Of a DNA stretch of 64,000 bases, positions 23,184-31,798 are shown one piece after another. Numbering within the stretch: position 1 is the first letter of the stretch; each line of letters begins with the position of its first letter. Origin of the DNA: Tubulanus polymorphus. Lineage: Eukaryota; Animalia; Nemertea. Both the position numbers and the translations under genes were made by a program. The stretch is taken from positions 11,038,088 through 11,102,087 of the forward strand of contig NC_134031.1 in assembly GCF_964204645.1 (NCBI RefSeq). The letters are read 5' to 3'. Below the pieces are notes generated by a model. It was not told the DNA's origin. It was given only the letters and a program-made list of their open reading frames with translations, and did no database searches.

Positions 23184-24333
23184 ATGGAAGGTGGAATATA
23201 TGAAATACAATCTCCAAGTGAAATGATATCAGATATATATTATATATTACCTTATGATGAATACAGTAAGTATTTTGGAGATTACTTTAATCAATTCAAA
23301 TATAGAATAAGTAAAATAGATAAGAATATTGAAACAAAAATAGAAGATAATATTGAACCTAAAATAGAAGATAAGAATGATATTGAATATAAAATAGAAG
23401 ATAATATTGAATCTAAAATAGAAGATAATGTTATACCTTCTACATCGAATTATGATATTGAATCAAAAAAGACAAATGAAAAATATTGTGACGTATGTAA
23501 ACAGTATAAAAGTTATAAGAATTGGGCAACTCATCTTAATTCACTCAAGCATAAGAAAAATAAGAATAAGATTTTAAATGAATTGAATAATGATAGTGAA
23601 ATTGATAGTGATAATGTTAAAGAAGATAAATATTGTGAAGAATGTGATAAATATATAAGTCGTAGTAATTTTTCAAAGCATAAATTAACACAGATACATT
23701 TGGATAATATAGAAAGAAATATATGTGAAAAGTGTAATGTTGTTGTATTACCTAAAGATAGAATTAAACATGATAATTCTTTTGAACATACAATAAAAGC
23801 TGCTGATTTAAATTACCTTTATAGAGCACCAAGTGTATTTTTTGATATCGAAAATAATGATCATAGGAAATTATATAGATCAATTTTTATCGATTATGTA
23901 AGAAATAATCCAAAACAAGTATTATCAGATCTAAAAACTCCTTCGGATGATTATAAAAATTTATCTAAATAATTATTGGAGTATACATTATTTCATAAAA
24001 TTTAAAAATATAGATTTTTTAACAGAATTGAAAAAAGTTGCTGTTAATGATAATTATGATAATAAAAGTGATAACTTTGATGAAATAATTCAATACTACA
24101 GTTATGAAGATTTTTCACAGGATGTTATAAATAAAATAAGAAATGAAGCAAAAAATGAATACAAAAATATAAGTGAAGACAAATTAAACCAATATATTTA
24201 TTTAACTTATGAATTCTGGGTTAAGGGTTTGAACGGTAATGGTTATCATTTTAAACTATTAGGTGAAAGAAGATCGCAAGAATTAAGAGATGCATGGATC
24301 AAATTGTTTTCAGAATTAGAATCAGAAAAGTAA
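23184..24333 (+). CDS. variable multi-Zn-finger protein with KIEDNIE repeats (23184-23972) plus overlapping 23947-24333, probably one frameshifted gene
   Basis: Three CxxC-x12-H-x5-H-like fingers; the second ORF lacks the TAAATG start and overlaps by 26 bp. Confidence 0.6.
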
Positions 24334-24359
24334 TTTAAAATATGAATATAATACCCTTT

Positions 24360-24888
24360 GTGTCTTTATTGTCTTTAGTAGTTTAGTACTTTTAGTACAT
24401 AAAGAATAAATCTTTATTTTATAAGTAGTGAATAAAATTATTTTTAAAACTACTAAACTACTAAAGACAATAAAGACATAAATATATATATAACACTGTT
24501 TCAATAATTATATTTATTCATCTGATGGATTTTATATATTACTGTTTCAATAATTAAATCTATTTATTATATATATCATAGATTTATCATTTATATATTT
24601 ATTTTTCTAAGTACTAATTAAATAAAGATTTATTCTTTATGTACTAAAAGTACTAAAGATAATAAAGACATAACAAAACATATATAGATGTAATAAATAT
24701 CATAGATTTATTTATCTCACATATTTATTATATATATTTGATTCAGTAATGATAAATCTATGGTGTTTGTTATGTCTTTATTATCTTTAGTAGTTTAGTA
24801 GTTCTATTTTATTTTTAAAGTATTAATAAAATAAAGATTTATTCTTTATGTACTAAAAGTACTAAACTACTAAAGATAATAAAGACAT
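24360..24888. repeat. nested inverted-repeat region between convergent gene blocks
   Basis: TGTCTTTATT[G/A]TCTTTAGTAGTTTAGTA and its reverse complement at ~24361, 24453, 24773, 24860; partial copy at ~24620-24672. Confidence 0.85.
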
Positions 24889-24946
24889 TAGGGGGAGGTA
24901 TATAATGCATATCTAATACATATCTAATACATAGGTATACAAATAG

Positions 24947-25561
24947 TTATTTTATAAACTTATATTCATATGGAAATTGTAATCTCATAAGTAATTTTGA
25001 ACCTTAATTATTTTTTAATTTATTCATATATTCATCATGTAATTCAGGAGGTATAATTTGATTTTCTTCCAATGATTGTTGCATAGATTTTCTATCTTTA
25101 TTGTAGAATAAAACTAGAAATCTTATATTCTCTCTAAAATCTTTCACAATTGAATTATATTTCTGATTTAAAACCCATGTTGTTATCCCAAAATGTCTCC
25201 CAGAGAAAGCTAAGTAACATAACTCACTTTCTCTCACTTTTGAATCATGTAAATTAGCGCAATCATCTACAATGAATAATGTATTAGATCCTTTATAAAT
25301 ATCTAATGCAATTTTTATACAATTATCTAAATTTTCTTTTACTGTTTTAGAATTTAATATAATAAACTTTTTATCTTTAAAAACTATATCTCTATTATAC
25401 GTTTCATTCATTTCATAAGTAGGGCAGAATAATATTATATTATCAAAATGATTCTTATAAATAGTTTCTAACAAATCTAATATGAAATGTGTTTTACCAC
25501 AGTTTGTTACTCCAGTAACTAACATATTATGTGGTTCAAATATAAACAAATCTTTATTCAT
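24947..25561 (-). pseudogene. packaging ATPase with nonsense codon ~19 codons before the normal end
   Basis: Walker A/B present; after TAA at 25004-25006 the frame continues GSKLLMRLQFPYEYKFIK*. Confidence 0.9.
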
Positions 25562-26639
25562 TTATTCTTTTAATTTTACTAGATAAAATCCATTCATTAA
25601 ATTTATCATCATATCCTTTATATTTCACCAAAGAATACTTTTTTCCTTTAAGAGTTTTAGTTTTTAATACCTTTTCTACTTTGTATTCTATTTCATCTGG
25701 ATTTGGTACTAATGATAATTCTTGTTCATAGAAATAACCTAATATTTCTTCATCTTTTAGATCTTCTAGTTTATAAACAAATGGTTTAGTTAATATTATC
25801 TTTTTAATTTTAAATATTTCTTCAGTAAAATTAGGGGTATAACCTTTATAAAATGTTTTTCTATATTTAGAAATTCTAACATGTTGTCCTATTTTAAATT
25901 TAGGTTCTCCAAAATCATGTGTAACAAATGCTCCATATAAATTATTCCAAACTATTTCTGAATTTTCTTCTTTTCTAGCTTGTATAGGTTTCATATTTAT
26001 AGAACTATGTTTAGAATTATTATAACCTTTAACTAAATCATCTAACACATTGATATATTTATATGTTTCATTAGCGGTGAAATATTTCCACATTCTAGTT
26101 TTCAATGTTTTATTAAATCTTTCTATAACGGATGCTTTTTTATCTGAATGTGTTGAAAAATATTCTACATCGTTATCAATTAATAGTTTTTTGAAATGTT
26201 TGTTATAAAATTCTTTACCTTCATCAAATTGTATTTTATCTGGAATAGCTTCTTTAAATATAGATTTAAAAGCATTTGTTACTTCTATTCCAGTTTTATT
26301 TTTAATCGGGATACTCCATGCGTATCTACTGAATATATCTATAACATTTAGTATCCAAAAATATCCTTTGTTATATTCTTCTAAGTTTTTCATATCAATT
26401 AAATCAGCTTGCCATTGTTGGTCAATATATGAAACCATTACTTTTCTTGTTAAATATTTTTTATCCATTTTCTTGTGGATTTGATATGTGGGTTGATTTT
26501 GTAACCATGATTTTAATTCACTATATTTTATTTTTTCTTTATCAGATTTAATTTTATCCCATAATTCTGAAACGTTAGAATATGATACTTCACTTTCTGG
26601 GTTGTAATATAAATCTCTCAAATATTGTTCTTTTTTCAT
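25554..26639 (-). CDS. int: retroviral-like DDE integrase with C-terminal chromodomain (intact)
   Basis: WQADLID, IQFDEGKEF, IERFNKT; YKVEKVLK...LVKYKGYDDKFNEWI chromodomain. Confidence 0.95.
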   Translation of the reverse strand: MKKEQYLRDLYYNPESEVSYSNVSELWDKIKSDKEKIKYSELKSWLQNQPTYQIHKKMDKKYLTRKVMVSYIDQQWQADLIDMKNLEEYNKGYFWILNVIDIFSRYAWSIPIKNKTGIEVTNAFKSIFKEAIPDKIQFDEGKEFYNKHFKKLLIDNDVEYFSTHSDKKASVIERFNKTLKTRMWKYFTANETYKYINVLDDLVKGYNNSKHSSINMKPIQARKEENSEIVWNNLYGAFVTHDFGEPKFKIGQHVRISKYRKTFYKGYTPNFTEEIFKIKKIILTKPFVYKLEDLKDEEILGYFYEQELSLVPNPDEIEYKVEKVLKTKTLKGKKYSLVKYKGYDDKFNEWILSSKIKRINE

Positions 26640-26645
26640 CTTATT

Positions 26646-27035
26646 TTAATCCATTAATAATAATTTAGATTTATTTTCAATGACTTTATGATTTGACTTA
26701 TTTTCTGGTATAATATGTTTCCGATTGTCATTGGAATCATCTTTATCATCAGATTTGAATTTTGATTTATATATTACACCAGATAATATAATAACTGTTA
26801 CTAATCCAATTGTAATATATAATTTATAATTACTTCCAGCATTAGAAGAATTAGATGGATTATTATTTGAATCAATACCACCGTGTGGGTGCTGTACGGC
26901 ACCATCAGGTGATTCATTTATGTCAGTTAATTTCTTTTTCTTAGCTTTTTTTAATTCTGATGATCTTTTACCTAATTCTCTTGCCCATTTAATTTGTTTC
27001 TCGGATCTAGCCTTTTTCTTAACTCCATCACTCAT
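26646..27035 (-). CDS. small basic single-TM protein
   Basis: LYITIGLVTVIILSGVIY; homologs at 6144 and ~53610-53977. Confidence 0.75.
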   Translation of the reverse strand: MSDGVKKKARSEKQIKWARELGKRSSELKKAKKKKLTDINESPDGAVQHPHGGIDSNNNPSNSSNAGSNYKLYITIGLVTVIILSGVIYKSKFKSDDKDDSNDNRKHIIPENKSNHKVIENKSKLLLMD

Positions 27036-27630
27036 TTATTTTACTTAATTTTTGTTCTGATTCATTTTCTGTTTCGATGTTTGGTTGTAGTACATCTGTT
27101 TCGTTCTTACCTGATTTATATTCCATAGGCTTGATGTTCGAAAATGTTATGACACCAGTAGAAATTAATGTCATAACCGATCCTAATTGAAATGAAGCAT
27201 ATCCAACCCATTTTTGTAATTCAGTCATAACTAAATAGTCATTTTTCAAATCATTATATAATTTATTTTCATCATCAATTGGTATTAACTGGTTACATAA
27301 TTTTGAATAACATTTGACAATACCATCTGAAATAGAATCATTTATTCTAGCTAATCTTGCCTCTTCATAAATCTTAAAATATTTTATTACTTTATCTGGT
27401 TTCATAGAGTCTAGTTCTTGAAAAGTTATTATTTTTCCCAAGAAGTCCTCAGATTTCCCGCCAGCAATTAATAATTCAAGATGATGCTTACAATATAAAT
27501 AGTATTCATAATCTATATTGTTATTAACTTGAGCACAATTAGTTACAACTGTATCTTTATTATCACTTATACCCAAATCATCTAATGTCTTTTCAATATC
27601 AATACTATTCTTATTAGATTTCTTTGACAT
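27028..27630 (-). CDS. conserved hypothetical protein with C-terminal hydrophobic segment
   Basis: Homologs at 5544-6134 and 53925-54509. Confidence 0.8.
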   Translation of the reverse strand: MSKKSNKNSIDIEKTLDDLGISDNKDTVVTNCAQVNNNIDYEYYLYCKHHLELLIAGGKSEDFLGKIITFQELDSMKPDKVIKYFKIYEEARLARINDSISDGIVKCYSKLCNQLIPIDDENKLYNDLKNDYLVMTELQKWVGYASFQLGSVMTLISTGVITFSNIKPMEYKSGKNETDVLQPNIETENESEQKLSKINE

Positions 27631-28044
27631 TTATATTAGAGAAAAAAAGCAAAAAAAATATTATAAGTATTCTTCAAATGATACTAGTATCTCTTTAGGT
27701 TAATACTAAATTGACTAGGTTAGTTAAAGTTAAAGAATTTCTATTCAAATCTATTCAAAATCTATTCAATCTAATGTCAATTAGAATTACCAAAAGAAAA
27801 TATTGAAAATATAATAGAATTGACTAGCTAGTTGAAGTTATTGTTTTTTTTTATTATATTTTATTTAAATTAGGATTTAGATTATCTCACTACTATTGTC
27901 TATCTATTAGGAGCAGTAACTATAACTGTCCAGATAAGTCATTTCGGATTCTCGATAATAAATCCTAAAACTGAAAATAAATTCAAAGAAACGACTGGTG
28001 GAATTACTATTTCATAAACACATATATTTATTATGTAAATTTTA

Positions 28045-28425
28045 GCGATCGATAATAGAACAATGGAGAACAATAGAAATGCGGTCCAATCGGACCGGTT
28101 ATTGCGCAATACACAGTTATATTTTTATTCTAACAACGATCAATAATAGAACAATGGAGAACAATAGAAATGCGGTCCAATAGGACCGGTTATTGCGCAA
28201 TACACAGTTATATTTTTATTCTAACAACGATCAATAATAGAACAATACAGAACAATAGAAAAGCGGTTCAATCGGACCGGTTATTGCGCAATACACAGTT
28301 AACAGTAAACTATCAATACAGAACAACCGCCGCCATTAACAACGATCAATAATAGAACAATAGAGAACAATAGAAAAGCGGTTCAATCGGACCGGTTATT
28401 GCGCAATACTTAGTTAACAGTAAAC
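28045..28425. repeat. tandem repeat of ~90-120-bp units (GAACAATAGAAA[T/A]GCGGT[C/T]CAATCGGACCGGTTATTGCGCAATAC)
   Basis: Four units; a single homologous unit at ~49630-49750. Confidence 0.85.
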
Positions 28426-28792
28426 AATACAATATTAAAACAGATATATACAACATTTTTTGATATCTATATTACAAAGACCTTCAGTGTTATAATTTAT
28501 AATTTTGTCCAGAATTCTTTAATTACTGGATTGTTTCCAATCAATTCTTCAATTTCTGGTAAATGTCTTACTACTTCACTAAATGCTAATCCTAATATTT
28601 TGAATTTTTCATATTTTATTAATCTACCTACTCTTCTCAGTTTTCTTTCAAAACCGGCACTGATATCTCCACTCATTTTCTTAGTTTTCGATTATTTGAG
28701 TCCCAACAGCAATTTGAGTCGCGTTGCTGGTAATTTTGGTAATTGTAGTTCGCGCGGTAATTGTTTATTATGTATTACATCACTCAGAGTTT

Positions 28793-28963
28793 TCACCATT
28801 TCTTGATGATAGTCCAAATGTTCTTATAATTTTGTGAAGTTTGTTCGTCAATTACGAGAGTTTCATCCTCCATTTCTATTGATTCCTGAGTTTCACTATC
28901 TATCGTTTCTGGTTCCTCATACGTTGGTTGGCTTAGAATTTCTGGTTGATCTTTGTGTTCCAT
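28793..28963 (-). CDS. small acidic ORF (56 aa, MEHKDQPEILSQP...), below the ORF-track cutoff
   Basis: TAAAATG start; homologous 39-aa ORF at 4962-5081. Confidence 0.4.
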   Translation of the reverse strand: MEHKDQPEILSQPTYEEPETIDSETQESIEMEDETLVIDEQTSQNYKNIWTIIKKW

Positions 28964-29357
28964 TTTAATCTAAAAGATATCGTGAAAATGAATTACTGTA
29001 CTTAAATATGTTTAAAGGTTTCCCTACTTCATAATATATTTACTTACATTTAGATTTAGAACTGTAAACTGTGTTTTGAGAGAGAATATCCAATACGTTC
29101 CTATGCTTATGTGCTGCGCGTTTATAACTGGCAGTTATTCACTAGCTTAACACCGTCTGGTGCAACAGATGTTCCTTCTTTTGTAATATAATTGATTAAT
29201 CCTTTTCAACTGAAATAGCACGTTCGATCAATATTCAAATGAGGTGCGCCCCATTCAACTGAATATGAAATACGGCACAGATGTTTTTGTAAATAACCTA
29301 ATGCAATTAAATATAGGCGGTTTGACATAGATCGAGAGTAACCGGTTTTCTAAGCAC

Positions 29358-30011
29358 TTAAGCTTCAACGTATTTTTCATTATGTGTTGAATTCCATAAT
29401 TCAACAAATGTCTTTGCTTTATCCAGTTGATCTAAATATAACTGTATATCTAGTTTATTAGATTTAATTATATTTTCTTTCTTTTCAAGAGGCCTTAAAT
29501 TTCTCCAACCCCAAATAAGTTTTTTATTGTATTCATCATTCATGTCAAATTTAGAAATCGGCAACACGTGATCAATATGAAAGTATTCACCATAATTATC
29601 TATATTCATTTTATCATCGAATTGATATATTATCCATGATTTTAAGAATTCATCTGAACAACCCAATAGATTAGATAGTGTTTCTGAATGTGTTTCTTTG
29701 TTGAATAATTGTGTTAATCTAGACCGTAAACATTGTTTCAATCTAAAATTAAGATCTGTTTGATATCTTTCTCTCATATATTCTGCCATATAATAATTAT
29801 AATGTTCTATATTATCTTCTCGGTATTGTTTGGTGTATAGTTTAAAACAAGTTTTACAGCAATATTGAAAACCATCTTTGCTAATCTTACGCTTACTAAA
29901 TTCTGTTAAAGCTAATTTATCTAATTCACATTTAGAACACTTCTTGTAGTATATGTTTATGACGCCAGTGTTATTTGTAATATTGATAATTTGTGGTTGT
30001 TCTGGTTCCAT
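29358..30011 (-). CDS. Zn-finger + HNH-like endonuclease (NCLDV-type)
   Basis: CSKC...CKTC; FHIDHVLP...NLRPLEKKENIIKSNK. Confidence 0.8.
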   Translation of the reverse strand: MEPEQPQIINITNNTGVINIYYKKCSKCELDKLALTEFSKRKISKDGFQYCCKTCFKLYTKQYREDNIEHYNYYMAEYMRERYQTDLNFRLKQCLRSRLTQLFNKETHSETLSNLLGCSDEFLKSWIIYQFDDKMNIDNYGEYFHIDHVLPISKFDMNDEYNKKLIWGWRNLRPLEKKENIIKSNKLDIQLYLDQLDKAKTFVELWNSTHNEKYVEA

Positions 30012-30088
30012 TTATTATATGTATTTTTTACTAAATTGGTTAATATTTTAGAATCCTCTTCCATTTCTTCGACCAACGTCATCCTTTT

Positions 30089-30340
30089 TCATTCTTCGTT
30101 GCTTTTGATAAGTTGTTTCGATTCCTTGATAATAAATTCCTCAACGTATTGTTCATTATTTGGATCATTATTCCATAATTCAATAAATTTCTTTCCCTTT
30201 GTTAACTGTTCTGAATATAACTGTAAATATTCTAGTTTCAATTTATTCTCTAAATGTGTTCTAGTTTTATTGTGTCTTGCTTTTTGGGATTTATCTATAT
30301 CGATATTACATGTTGGGCAGTAGTACTTATTTGCTTCCAT
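30089..30340 (-). CDS. TIR-derived chimeric ORF: PolB N-terminal Zn finger fused to an HNH-gene C-terminal-like helix
   Basis: First 38 aa identical to PolB; LQLYSEQLTKGKKFIELWN resembles IQLYLDQLDKAKTFVELWN. Confidence 0.6.
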   Translation of the reverse strand: MEANKYYCPTCNIDIDKSQKARHNKTRTHLENKLKLEYLQLYSEQLTKGKKFIELWNNDPNNEQYVEEFIIKESKQLIKSNEE

Positions 30341-30628
30341 TTTAATACTATATTTTTTATTAAAATTGATTTTAGAAGTTCAATGATTTAAATGTTATTC
30401 ATATATATATGAATATTTTAAGAGTAATAGGGTTTAGTTGTTTCATATCAAAGGTCGAAAGGTTGAGGTTGATAAATTTTCCAAATGTTAAAATAATAAT
30501 AATTTCTACTTGAATTAGGAGTGTACGCGACTAATTCAAGTAGAAATTGTTGTTATTTTAACATTTTGGAAAATTTCTCGGGCTCGACCTTTCGACCTTT
30601 GGTATGAAACAACTAAACCCCTATTACT
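30227..30628 (-). repeat. right terminal inverted repeat (palindrome 30423-30628)
   Basis: Reverse complement of 12376-12780. Confidence 0.95.
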
Positions 30629-30885
30629 AACAATTCAATAGTTTGTTTTTGTCGTCCGCGACAATTCATTATTTTGGTTTTATCGCCCGCAACAATTCAA
30701 AATTTTGGTTTTAACGCCCGCGACAATTCATTATTGTGGTTTTATCGCCCGCGACAATTCATTATTTTGGTTTTATCGCCCGCGACAATTCATTATTTTT
30801 GTTTTGTCGCCCGTGACAATTCAATATTTTGGTTTTGTCACCCGCGACAATTCATAATTTTGGTTTTGTCGCCCGTGGTTTTGTC
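30629..30885. repeat. continuation of 31-bp tandem array
   Basis: Resumes in phase after the TSD (AACAAT TCAATAGTTTG...). Confidence 0.95.
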
Positions 30886-31119
30886 GGAACATTAAGTTTT
30901 TGGTCGAACTGTGTGTTAAGGTTGTTTTGGAAATTTACTCGGTCTGGTATATTTTGGATTAATGTGTATGTCATTTGTCAGGACATTAAACAGAAGACGA
31001 CTTAGGATACTACCTTGCGTGACTCCACTAGTTAGACCGTCTCATTCCAAGATGAGGCCGTTGAACAGGATTCTAAGACTGTGCAGAAAACCCGTTATCG
31101 CTGCTTTGCAGCTATATTT

Positions 31120-31778
31120 TTATCAGTTATTGTATCATATTCTAAACATATATTCGATAATTTATAGCCCATATCTTTATTAACGCTAGATATTACAATT
31201 TCATTAACAGGAGCAAATGTTATTTCGAATATAACGTCTTCTTGAATTGCGTATTTATATAAAGGTGCATTATTATTTATCAATTCAAAATCTAATGGAA
31301 TTTTATATTTGCTTCCATATACACTTTTTATCAATTTATCTACAGCATTAGTTAATATTGAGCTATTAGCTTCTGATCTTAATTTATTTTGGTTTTCTGA
31401 TTGGATGCCTTGAAATATCATATTATTTATATTTTCTTTAGTTGACCATAAATCTTTATAATGCATAAATAAATTATAATCATCTAATGAGAAAACTGTT
31501 TCTGGACCGATCTTTATTGTTAATTTTCTAATCAAATATCTTCCAACATTATCAACAACATAATTATTATCATTACCAGTTACTTTTATATCGGCTGATA
31601 AATAAATACTATTTTGAACATAAAAAGTATTTTGTGTTAATCGAGGAATTCTAACATATAAAGTTTCATCGGGATTAATATTAGAAGGGTTATGAGTAAT
31701 TATATGATGTGATTTTTCTGCTTTAATAGCATTAGATATTCTAGAAATCTTAGAAGGACTTATATAACTCCCACTCAT
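31120..31778 (-). pseudogene. major capsid protein of element B, 5' half
   Basis: Near-identical to 21904-22560; joins 10094 in frame. Confidence 0.9.
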
Positions 31779-31798
31779 TTATTTAACAAAAAAATTAA

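Larger units (their letters stand above)
12376..30628 (+). mobile_element. full-length Polinton/Maverick (adintovirus-like) element A, 18,253 bp
   Basis: TSD AACAAT at 12370-12375 and 30629-30634; 5'-AGT...ACT-3' termini; ~405-bp TIRs; pPolB, penton, MCP, ATPase and integrase. Confidence 0.97.
10095..31119 (+). mobile_element. Helentron/HINE-like non-autonomous element (own sequence ~10095-12375 and 30629-31119) carrying tandem arrays and nested Polinton A
   Basis: 5' AGGGTTTTCTG...CAGAAAACCCT plus (ATT)n; 3' CAGAAAACCC subterminal IR, GCTGC-TTT-GCAGC hairpin and TATATTT; inserted in a T-run; removal restores the capsid ORF. Confidence 0.75.

Noticed and set aside
12376-30628. Bacteriophage/prophage or free giant-virus contig
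   Set aside because: The 6-bp TSD, chromodomain integrase and flanking LINEs, DIRS and MITEs show integration in an animal-type nuclear genome; no Shine-Dalgarno pattern or NCLDV core genes
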